Shown here piece after piece: positions 10,883-21,100 of a stretch of 64,000 bases of DNA (within the stretch, counting starts at the first letter, position 1; the number at the start of each line of letters is the position of its first letter). The position numbers and the translations under genes were made by a program. The stretch comes from a virus, in IMG/VR virus record IMGVR_UViG_3300002494_000025, positions 1 to 64,000 of that record; one strand, given 5' to 3'. Below the pieces are notes generated by a model. The model saw only the letters and a list, made by a program, of their open reading frames with translations, was not told the origin of the DNA and ran no database searches.

Positions 10883-11053
10883 ATGAAAAAGTATATTGAG
10901 TTCCTTGAGGAGGTTAGGTACTTTATACTTGGTGAAAAGATTGTTCCTGTTTTGAAAGATGAGCAGGGGAGAACTTACATAGAAGTGCCCGATGAGGGCG
11001 AAGAAAAGGTTGCAGCAGAGGAAAAGAAGAAAAAAGGAGGCAAAAGTGAATGA
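10883..11053 (+). CDS. Small hypothetical protein (56 aa)
   Basis: RBS GAGGTGG, ATG 10883, TGA overlapping the next ATG; below the ORF-track cutoff. Confidence 0.6.
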   Translation: MKKYIEFLEEVRYFILGEKIVPVLKDEQGRTYIEVPDEGEEKVAAEEKKKKGGKSE

Positions 11054-11514
11054 CAATTATTGAGTATGCAAGGATGTTGATAGCGGACAAGGATCTTACC
11101 AATCCTCTGTTCAGTGACCTGGAAATCCAAACACTAATTGACAAAAATCAGGTGTATGGCCGTTATCCGGCAGAGCAAGTAGCTCCAAAGGCGTTTCGAA
11201 TTAGGGTTCCTTATACTGTTTTTGGCGATAGTTATCAAGTAATTCTTGGGGATGGGACTGTCGTCCCGTCCTCGAATTACACTCTTCAGCATCTGCCAAA
11301 GTTGATAACCTTTAACAACGAAGCGCCAACTCAAGAAGTGTACATTGAGGGTTTCTTCCTCGATGATGATAACTTTAAAGCTGATGCTTTTGAAATGATA
11401 GCAGCAGATTTTAGAAAGCTGCAAAACTACGCGGTCCAAAACATCAACGGCAATCTCGCAGATGCAAAAGAGCATCTTTTTAGACTCGCAAGGTATTTCA
11501 GAACACCAAGGTGA
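11050..11514 (+). CDS. Putative head-tail connector
   Basis: R.LI.D....PLFSD.EI N-terminus typical of gp6/gp15-like connectors; synteny. Confidence 0.65.
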   Translation: MTIIEYARMLIADKDLTNPLFSDLEIQTLIDKNQVYGRYPAEQVAPKAFRIRVPYTVFGDSYQVILGDGTVVPSSNYTLQHLPKLITFNNEAPTQEVYIEGFFLDDDNFKADAFEMIAADFRKLQNYAVQNINGNLADAKEHLFRLARYFRTPR

Positions 11515-11519
11515 TGTGA

Positions 11520-12035
11520 ATGGCTTTATTCCAATCACGCAACATTACCACCGATGTTCAAGGCTTGGTGGCTTGGGTGGAAGTACTAAAGAACGAATTC
11601 GATGCTTTCAAACGCTGCTATGACCAGCAAAAGACTCAGCTTGCCGATGACATTCGGAGCGAATGGAAACGCTTGCTTGCCGATCGAGCATATGCGACGA
11701 AAACAGGCCACAGCTTGCCTTTCGAAAATACAGGTGAATATGGGAAAAGTATTAGAATTGACAAGCTTGGTAATGGAATATCGATCTATCCAACTGTGTC
11801 ATATGCCGCAATAGTTGAGACATCGCACGGCGCAGAGTATGAACAAATAGAAGCATGGGCACAGGCAAAAGCAGCGAAATATGGCGTACCAATTAATCCC
11901 ACAAGAGTGTGGCAGAAAATAAAAAGGCAAGGCACAACCCCGTGGAATATCAGTGAGGAAATAGGACGGCGTGCAGAAAAGATGACTGACGAATGGGCTG
12001 AAGCGATTGCCCAATCCATAGGAGGCCAGATATGA
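11520..12035 (+). CDS. Putative neck / HK97 gp10-like protein
   Basis: NTGEYGKSI..., YAAIVE, I.RQGT.P motifs; synteny. Confidence 0.6.
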   Translation: MALFQSRNITTDVQGLVAWVEVLKNEFDAFKRCYDQQKTQLADDIRSEWKRLLADRAYATKTGHSLPFENTGEYGKSIRIDKLGNGISIYPTVSYAAIVETSHGAEYEQIEAWAQAKAAKYGVPINPTRVWQKIKRQGTTPWNISEEIGRRAEKMTDEWAEAIAQSIGGQI

Positions 12036-12397
12036 AACTGTTTGCAAAACAAAAGCAAGTCGTCGCTGCCCTAAAGGCGTTGGGCTACAAAGTGGACTAC
12101 AACATCAATCAGATCCAGCCCAAAACAGCATATCCCTTCGGCTATGAGGGTAGTTTTGAGAATCTCACCTTCGGGATGCAACGCATCAAGTGCAAAAACG
12201 CACTGATTATTGCGGATAAGTATGAAAATGCTGATACCTTGCCAGATCTACTTGATACTACAGCCGAAGCGGTAATTGGCGCACTGAAGCAAATTTACGA
12301 ACTTGTCACACTAACGAAATTTGATTACACAGTCTTTCCAGCTGGCAAGATGTATGCACTATACTTGGAGTTCGATGTGGAGTGGACGGACCGATGA
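12032..12397 (+). CDS. Putative tail terminator/completion protein
   Basis: 121 aa; synteny before the tail tube genes. Confidence 0.45.
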   Translation: MKLFAKQKQVVAALKALGYKVDYNINQIQPKTAYPFGYEGSFENLTFGMQRIKCKNALIIADKYENADTLPDLLDTTAEAVIGALKQIYELVTLTKFDYTVFPAGKMYALYLEFDVEWTDR

Positions 12398-13224
12398 AGG
12401 TGGTGCTTGCAAATCTCCTTACTTCGTATGGCAATGCAAGATTGAGATTAAAAGACTTTGATGTGAGCGAAGAAGTGCTGAGAGTTGGATATGAACGTGT
12501 GCGTGGGTTAAGAAAGCGTGTGGGAAGCGTAACAAAGCCGATAGGCGTTTACAACGTAAAAGTAACTGCCGAACTAACGCAAGACGTTGTAGACGCTATC
12601 ATGCGTACACTGTGTCCGGTTAGTTCAAGTGGAGTCTACGTAGCAAGCAACTCAAACTCCTTAAGCAGCACTATAGCATATGAAATACAAACATTTGAGG
12701 GTAATGCTTACAAACTTGAGAACGGGTATATCTCAAGCGTGCAAATAAACGTGAAAGCCGATACGATACCATCGATTACTATCGAAAGCATTCACACGAA
12801 CATGATTACGCTCGGTTCGGCAACAAACTCGGCAGTACAGAATTTTGTGTCACCTAAGGAAGTTAGTGTATATTACTACAGCGGCAGCAGCTTTGTAAAC
12901 ATCCCAACTGTGTCATTGGAGCTTAAGTTTGAGCAAACACTTGAGCGCATTGATGGAGTGGATAAGACATACAAGTTCTACAGCGAAGCATTGATGATTA
13001 GTGGGAGTCTGCTGTGTGAGTTTGTTACAGGGCTGCATAACAGTTACAAAAACGGCTCCTCGATCGATTTGAGGCTATCAAAAGCTACTTATCCAACTTT
13101 TGACATCACTTTGTATGGCATGTTTGTCGAAAAGGAAGACATTTTCAAAGAATGGAATCTTATGGAACTATCTTTCGTCAATGGATACGTTTCCACAAAA
13201 GAACCGTTAGTATATTCAACGTAG
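12394..13224 (+). CDS. Tail-tube-like protein
   Basis: Beta-rich ~276 aa protein with a layout similar to the next gene; ends in a TAG overlapping the RBS. Confidence 0.45.
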   Translation: MKVVLANLLTSYGNARLRLKDFDVSEEVLRVGYERVRGLRKRVGSVTKPIGVYNVKVTAELTQDVVDAIMRTLCPVSSSGVYVASNSNSLSSTIAYEIQTFEGNAYKLENGYISSVQINVKADTIPSITIESIHTNMITLGSATNSAVQNFVSPKEVSVYYYSGSSFVNIPTVSLELKFEQTLERIDGVDKTYKFYSEALMISGSLLCEFVTGLHNSYKNGSSIDLRLSKATYPTFDITLYGMFVEKEDIFKEWNLMELSFVNGYVSTKEPLVYST

Positions 13225-13236
13225 GAGGTGTTGATT

Positions 13237-14202
13237 ATGCCATTAGTAGGCGGAACAAGTTCAGCAACACTTTATTTTACAATCGGGACGAACAAATATT
13301 CCATGAAATTACCACTTAGAAGTGAGTCGATAAATCCCAAATATGGCTCAGTAAACAAATCCGAAGCACTTTTAGGCACCAGAGCACCATCGGGTGTGTT
13401 TATCAGCAAGCTTGCGTATGAGGGAGGTATAGAGTTCGAACTGCACGATTTCACCGGCAGCTACACAGTCGGTACGAACACAATTGAGTACAAACACTCG
13501 CTGTTGGCGGTGGCGTTGTGGGGGATTTTTGGCAACTACGATTCAACTGCAGGTTCGGTTTCAATGGGTGCCTCAGCACCAAAGTTCGATTACATCAAGA
13601 TCACACACGGAGACAAAGATTTGATTTATGAGAATGTTTATGTAACAAATCTCTCATTGAGGCTTAACAACGATGGCATCCCAACAGGTTCTATGGATGT
13701 AAGAGCTACAAGCACCGCATCAACAATAACTGGCACTTACACCGACATCACACGCACTTTTGGAAACGTTTACAATCCAACTCACATTGTTGTCAAGGTC
13801 GGCGCTACAGAAGTCACGAACAAGGTGGCGAGCATCGAAGTGACAATCCCACAAAACGTTATGGAGTATTACACCCTTGGCAGTCTTAACGCACGTGGAG
13901 TAGCTCCGTCTTCCCTTGATATGGCAGATGTGAAAATCGAATATTATCCAAGCGATGTAGCTTCTGTTGATTTGGCCAGCTCGTTAGGCACCGCATTTGC
14001 CAATGGTACTCCTTCTGCCGAGAATGTCATAGTCGAAATTAAAAGCCCGAAAGACGCTACAAAAGTAGCTTCTTTGACTCTCGGCAAGCCTTTTGTCACT
14101 GAGTTTACACACGACATTAACGGTCCAGAATACATTACTTCAAATCTCTCATTGCAGGTTTCACCGGCCGACATCACGTTGTCTGGCGTGCTTATAAACT
14201 AA
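13237..14202 (+). CDS. Major tail (tube) protein
   Basis: SESI...SEAL.G.R....GGIEFEL and V..LSL motifs of Phage_tube_2-like proteins; S/T/G-rich. Confidence 0.7.
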   Translation: MPLVGGTSSATLYFTIGTNKYSMKLPLRSESINPKYGSVNKSEALLGTRAPSGVFISKLAYEGGIEFELHDFTGSYTVGTNTIEYKHSLLAVALWGIFGNYDSTAGSVSMGASAPKFDYIKITHGDKDLIYENVYVTNLSLRLNNDGIPTGSMDVRATSTASTITGTYTDITRTFGNVYNPTHIVVKVGATEVTNKVASIEVTIPQNVMEYYTLGSLNARGVAPSSLDMADVKIEYYPSDVASVDLASSLGTAFANGTPSAENVIVEIKSPKDATKVASLTLGKPFVTEFTHDINGPEYITSNLSLQVSPADITLSGVLIN

Positions 14203-14219
14203 AACTGGAGGTGTTGTTG

Positions 14220-14573
14220 ATGGGTCTTTTGGCAAGTAACGAAACTGTGAAAATTTATATCGATCCCAAGACGGGAAAAATTGCAGACGAAGAAACAGAA
14301 CTTTGGGTAGAAGTCCTCAAAGAACTACCTGTATCAGTTGCGAAGATTTTGCAAGAGTCTTTTGGAAAGCCAAGAGTAGAAGTTGGAGACGATGGTAAAC
14401 AGCACATCATCCTTGAAGATATGGAAACACTTCCAATTGATTTCCTCGCAAGAGTTATTATGAACTGGAGTGAGAAAGAACCAGTCAATGCACAAAACGT
14501 TGCAAAGATGAGAGTAGATATTGCAAGGACGATATACAACAAACTACAGGAGATGTACGCAATATCGCAATGA
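14220..14573 (+). CDS. Tail assembly chaperone
   Basis: Lies between tail tube and tape measure; VIMNWS..EPVN..NV..M motif. Confidence 0.65.
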   Translation: MGLLASNETVKIYIDPKTGKIADEETELWVEVLKELPVSVAKILQESFGKPRVEVGDDGKQHIILEDMETLPIDFLARVIMNWSEKEPVNAQNVAKMRVDIARTIYNKLQEMYAISQ

Positions 14574-14589
14574 TTTGATTAAGCATATG

Positions 14590-14620
14590 CGGGAGCGGGG
14601 TTATCCTGCTCCCATTTATG
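14590..14620 (+). terminator. Stem-loop (GGGAGCGGG..CCTGCTCCC)
   Basis: Inverted repeat right after the chaperone gene. Confidence 0.5.
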
Positions 14621-14643
14621 CTATGCAAAAGGGGAGTTGAGAA

Positions 14644-15135
14644 GTGGTATATGAAATTGAAGGCGAAATTATATACACCGCAGATTTTCCAAGTGTAAAA
14701 GCAGTTCACTATCTTGTCAAACACGAGTATGTCAATTTCCTCGCAAACTACATCCTCGATTGGACACTTCCTATTTCGATAACACCTACAGTGATTGCTA
14801 AACTAAAGTGGAATGCAATAAAGGTTATCATAGATGATGCTTTGCGGTTACTCAAACAGTTAGAGCAAGACACATCTGCGATATATTCCGGTCTCGAAAG
14901 CGTTATTATGTCCGAAGGGAAACGACGATTATTACCGCAACATCCCCTGATGCAAAGATACGCGGAACGGTTAAGATTGTGCATGCCGGCGGTTGATAAC
15001 GAATGCAATCTAATCACCCTTCCTTCTGGGCACAATATAGAAACTATGCGCTACGACGATTTTGTTATCGTTGAAGCAATCATCACAGCAAAGAACAAAG
15101 CACTTGACAAGAAACTGAAACAAAATAGGAGGTGA
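14644..15135 (+). CDS. Second tail assembly chaperone-like protein
   Basis: ILDWTLPISITP..I..L resembles the previous gene; LPSG..I....Y C-terminus. Confidence 0.55.
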   Translation: MVYEIEGEIIYTADFPSVKAVHYLVKHEYVNFLANYILDWTLPISITPTVIAKLKWNAIKVIIDDALRLLKQLEQDTSAIYSGLESVIMSEGKRRLLPQHPLMQRYAERLRLCMPAVDNECNLITLPSGHNIETMRYDDFVIVEAIITAKNKALDKKLKQNRR

Positions 15136-18100
15136 TGTCAATGGCTTCGACGGAAATACGTGTCAATTTGTTGTTCGAAGACAATATATCCACCGTAACA
15201 CGCAGGCTTGGTAGCCTTAGAAGGTCACTCGCCAAACTAAATTTTACTCTGGGGCAGTTAAAAAACAGTGGTGACGGAATAAAGCTCGACATATCACTTG
15301 AGGGCGCCGACAAAACGCTCGAGCAGCTGCGGGAGATTAACAAAATGCTTAAAAGTTTGAAAGCATATCGTGAAATTAAAATTCGTGTTACATTTGAGCA
15401 AAGCGATTTAGCGCGCACAAAGAACGTTCCGGTTGTTCCTTCACAACGTGGGCGAACTGCAATTAACCGTGGTGGCAAAGTTGTTGGAACAAGTAACATT
15501 ACGCCAGCAATATTGGACAGAGTTAAGAGTGTGACAGACCGGTTAGGCCAAGCTGGACTTTCATATCTAACTTCCGGAATTAGGTTTATAAATTTCGAAT
15601 TGCCGCGAACAGTGATCGGATTCGCAAAGAATTACTTTACGCGGCTTGTTGAGTACCAAAGACGAGCATATGCGTGGATGTACGGTGTGACAAAGCAAGG
15701 TATAGACTTTCTGCGTAACAATGTTATTGGGTGGATAAAAAACGGTGTGCAAACTATCACAAATGTAGGCCGCACTTTAATACAAGTGCCATTCAAATAC
15801 ATTGGCGGTGCTTTTTTGCGCGGCATTACAGGTTTTTACTCAGGCTCTGTAAAGCTTTTTACAAAAATGCTCCAAGCGCCATTCAGGGTGCTTAGAACAG
15901 CTGGCAACGTTTTCAACGAAATAGACCGTTGGTTTAGACATGTTTCGCAGACGTTTTATTATGTCTCCATGACTTTTGCTTACATTTCACGAACCGCTGG
16001 CTTATTAGCCGGAGTTTTGGTTGGGGCTGTTACAAAAATTTTTGAAACGTTTAAGACCGCTGTTCAAGAACAATACAAGATAGCGGTTACAACAGGTATA
16101 GTCGCAACGCCAACAGGCGTTGCCGGGCTGCAAGGCAATTATGCGGCCGATGTGCGTAACAAAATGTCCGTTCTCACAAAGATTGCATACCAGATTAATC
16201 AGCGCTCAGGTGCAGCTCTCTCCGATGTAGTCGACCTTCTTTACTTCATCTCCTCTTCTGGATTTAAGCAAACTGAAGAACTTAAAAATGTTACACAGGC
16301 AGTTTCTGCCATTTCGTTTGCCACAGGTTCAGACCCTGTAGCTTTGTTCCGTTCGCTTATTTCAGTTATGGGTGCTGAAGGGCTCGAGCCAACAGAAAAG
16401 AATATCAATACAACGCTTGCTAAGATTGTGTACGCTGTCAGCGAAGGCGTTTTCGAAATGGGTGAATTGGCAACCCAACTGCAAAGGGTGGCAGCTTTCT
16501 CTGAAGCTGCTAATACTTCTTTTGAGGAAACACTCTCAATAATGGCAGCGCTTTCTAAAGGCGGTTTGAAGCCAGAGACAATTGGTACTGGTTTGTCACA
16601 GGTATTTGCACAGTTAAACAAGCCACAAACACAAGAAAAAATGAGACGTTACATGGGAATTGTACCTATCAAGTTCGAAGAAGGCATAATGCAACAACAG
16701 TCAATAATGGAAATAGTTGAAACGTTAGTGCCGTCTGAATTGCTTAGACGTGTTAAATCTGGCGAATTAACAGCAGCGGACAGAGAAATGCTTAAGCAAA
16801 TTGCTAAACAATCGGCTGTGATGATGGGTTTTGAAAAGAGAGCCCAGACAGCTTGGTTAACGATGTTCAATAAACTTGATGACGTCTACAAGATGTTACG
16901 TGAGTTCGAAGGGATGCAAGCTGTTCCCGGACTGCTTGAAAAGTATCTTGCATACTTCAAAGAAATACCAAATGCAACTATGCTTGCAACACTTAACAGA
17001 ATTTCAGGAGCAATTGAGTATCTGAAAACAACGGTATTGAACGCCTTGATGAATAAATTGGGTGAGAACATCACAACTATTGAAAGCTGGTTTAGACAGG
17101 TTGCGGACAAAATCGCCTCGCTGATTGAAAATACTAACATCATCGAAAGAATCGCGGAGCTTATCAAAAGCATCATTAAGCTCATAATTGACTTGATTCG
17201 CGCTACGTTGGTTTTTGGCGTGCTTGCAACAGTTGCGCGTTTAATGGCAGCATTCACTGAACTGTTTAGGCCAACCTTGCTGTTGTTACTTGGTTTCGTA
17301 AGAGGTTTTAAAAACGCGCTGGAAAAGCAGGGAAGGGGCGATTTCTCGAACGTTGTTCAAGGATACGTTGAGTTAATGATTAAGGTCGGCGAAAAGTTGG
17401 GCGAATTCTTCGCCATGCTGTTTGAGGCCGTTGAGGGATTTCTCAACACCAAAAAGCAGCTCGAAGAGGCAGGCAAAACATCCGGCGAGGCTGTTGGCCA
17501 AGCATCAGTCGATACAGCAATCAACGTGGCGGCTCAGGTTGCCGATGCAGCAGCTGCTGCTGTCAAATGGGTAAACGACTTTACTGCAGCATTTATACAG
17601 CGTTTCAATGAGAAAAAAGCTGAGATGACAGAGCATGTGAAGAATATACTGCTTAACATCTTTTCGTTCGATCTGGACTTCTTTAACATTGCTCTAAAGT
17701 TTGTTGAGGCATTTGTTGGCGGTTTAAAGCAAGCTTTGATGATATCCTGGAATGTCATGAATGCAGTTGCGGAAGTTGAGCGAAATAGAAGAGAAAGTGT
17801 GCCAAGAAGGAAATTGTTGTCAGAACTTACAACCAACGCCGAAATCGATGAGTATGTTGAGGAAGTGCGCAAACGCACCACGGAAAGGCTCATAGAAAGA
17901 GGCATCTACAAAACAGAAGATGAAATGACTGCTGCTACAAAGCAATCAATAGCGAATTTTGCAAAGTCGTATGTGCTTTTCGCGCAGCAAGTGCCAAACA
18001 CAATTAAAAACGTAATCATCGACGCGATAGAAGCTTCAGTGTTCGGCATGGATATCGGTTTAAAGCTGCTGGTTAAAATACTTGATGGACTCATTAGCGG

Positions 18101-21100
18101 ATTGAATGGCATTATCGATAAGATGCTCAAAGGTGAGTACGATGAACTTTTCAAAGACATACAGAGCGATACAGCGCAATTTCTCAAGAAGATCGGAATT
18201 GCGTTTGTGGATGCTGCAATAATCGGTTTCACCATCGCTGGTAATTTGATGGCTGGTGCCTTTGAAGGCATGAAGCAATTAGCTGAGTGGTATGAATCGC
18301 CAGAAACGAAAAAGTACAGAGATGCCTTGGGAGAAGCCGTTAAAAACTTCTTTGTCAATTCACTAAAGTTTGCGATACGTGGCACTGAGTTTGTTGCAGA
18401 AGTGTTAAACACGATATTGCCTGCGCTGAGTGAAGGGCTTGATGAAATTGTTAAATACCTCGAAAATCCGCAAATGCAAACAAAACTTGAGAAAACACTT
18501 ACCCAACTAATGACAAATGTTGTGATATTCGCAGGCAAGACTATAAAGCTCCTACTTACAGCCTTCCCAATTTTTGCAAAGGCTTTTGTAGAGGCCATGA
18601 CAGGTGATGGGCCGAAGCAATTCAAAAAAGAGGATGTTATGTCCAAGTGGGGCGGTGTTATCCAAACATTGAGGGATTACTTACCAACCGCAATAGGAGG
18701 CCTCATCGACATACTGGTGTTTGCTCTGACGTTAATCGATGATGTTATTGTGCAGTTTGAAGCCGCGCTGAAAAAGAATCAGGACAAAATGGTTGTGCTG
18801 TTTACGAAGATATTCGAAGTAATGTTTGATATTGTAAAAACAAAAACCGAAGTTCTAAAAGCTGCCGCAAAAGGTTTTGCTACCGTGCTGAAAAACGCAC
18901 TTATTCCCGGCACTGAAGAGTTTGAAAAATTCAAGGAATTTAAAGGCACGGTTGAGGACATTGGGAAAACATTCGGTGAATCGACAGCCAACTTGTTTGC
19001 GGTATTCATTGAAGTCGGCGGAGCTTGGATTAAAGGCATAGCAGAAGGGCTGAGAAAGGCAGATTTGTCAGTGCTCAGACAAGCTTTGCACGATGTCCTC
19101 AAAGACTCTATTACGTCAGCTATCAGTTTCACGTCATTCGGCTTGGATGTAGCTGTGGAACTGCTTACACGGATATACGACTGGCTCAACGTCGTTTTGG
19201 AGCTCTTCCGGGTTACAAACGACCAAAAGATGTGGGAGCAATTCAAGAAGACACGAAAGCTTGGGACAATAGAGTTTAGTGAAGGTGATATAAAAGACAT
19301 TGAAAACATCAAATCGCGTTTAGGGCAGTTGAAATTAATAATTCCAGGTTTGACGATCGAATTGGGCGCTGCATGGTGGGGGATTGTAGACCAGATTACA
19401 TCAGCACTCAGTGACCAATTTACAGCTATTTCGCTGTACAAGTTTAACCTGCCCTACACCCAACAGCTGCCAGAGTTTAAAAAGTATATCAAAGAACAGG
19501 ACTTCAAGAACTTCGAAACTATGGTCAAAAACATGACACAATCTTTGAGCAACGCAATAACTATCCTTCTACAAGCCCCGATTACGGTGTCTAAGGTGAC
19601 ACTCAAGGCGTTAGAGATCGCTTTTGACAGCGTAGATGAAAAGACAAAACTTAAAATGATTGCTTCGCTTGCTGGAGCTCTTAGTGGTGGAATAGTGGCG
19701 GTTACGACACATAGCGTTGGTCTGGGCTTCACCGTCGGAGTAGCTATTACCTTTATTGTGGAGGAAATTGCCAAGTTTGTTATTGAAAAGGGAGAAGAAA
19801 TTGCCAAAGCGATTTTAAATGTTCTCAAAAATGTTTGGGCTATGGCGCTTGGCGGTGCTTTAATTGGCTTTGCCGTCGGTGGTGGCCCAGGTGGTTTGAT
19901 TGGCGTTACGATAGGGTTGGGTATCAGTTTTGTGCTTAATTTTGCTGACAGTGTTGACAAAGCAAAGCAACAAATCGAAGAACGAGCGAAAAAGGTACAA
20001 GAAAAGTTAAATGCCACGCTTGCAATACCCAAAGGTGTGTCTGGAAAGTATTCGGAATATCGTACGTATTTCCAAGCGGTAGAAAATCAGATAAAAGCGA
20101 AAAAGGGAAAAGATAAACGATATAGCGGTCTCGGAGAGTTTACTGAGTACTTTTTCAAAGACAGTGATTCGTTGCCCGGGTATTTAAAACAAGCCGTGGA
20201 GTTCTTTGTGTTGCGCTCAGCCAGCAAGCCGGGGTACATATCTTCAGACGCTGTAAAGTCGTTTGTAAACAATGTCACCAAAAGGCCGCAGGAATTTAAA
20301 GAGGTTATGTCCAGGGTTGATTTGTGGTACACCCCTGGTTTGGACGATATTCTTAACCCTTTGGCAGCCGCCGACCCCACATCTCTTTTGAATATGCGAG
20401 GTGAAATCCCCGATTGGTTTAGAACCAAAATCAAAGCTGCGGCGGAAAATAAATTCAGTGCTGATTCCGTTAAAGATTTTCTTTCTGCCGCGCAAATTAA
20501 CTTGGAGTTCTTGCCGTATTATGTTGTCATGCGCAAGCTTAAAGAATTACAAAATATAACGGATATTAGCAAAAGGACAAGTGAATTGACGAAATATCTA
20601 AATGATCCGAATGGATTTAAAAGAGAAGTTGACACAGCTATAGCAAACTACAAAAAATTCATAGAAACGTTAGTAGAAACAGAACTACTTAACGTGAAGA
20701 GCTTGAACCCAGAAGAGCTGCGCACTATACACGAAAATCTGTTGTACAGTATAAGGAATATGCAGGCTAAATATGCCACAGGCGGTTACACCGGCGATGG
20801 CGGTAAGTTCGAACCAGCCGGTATTGTGCACAAAGGGGAGTATGTAATACCGCAATGGATGGTGAGGAAATATCCCGGCACAATAGCAGCTCTCGAAAAG
20901 ATAAGAAAGCGCGGATATAGTGAAGGCGGCGCAGTTGATTTTAAATTAGTAACCGGTTTCGCATCCGCTTCCGGTTTCTCGTTATCTCTTCAAAGAACGC
21001 TCGCGGATGCCATCGAGGATTTAGGTGACACAATCGGGAAGCTAAGTTCAATTATTAGTGAAACTGCAGAAGAGTTGGAAATCGATTCTATTTTCAAGGC

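Noticed and set aside
14220-15135. Programmed frameshift between tail chaperones
   Set aside because: No clear slippery heptamer near the first stop; the genes are separated by a hairpin and the second has its own RBS.
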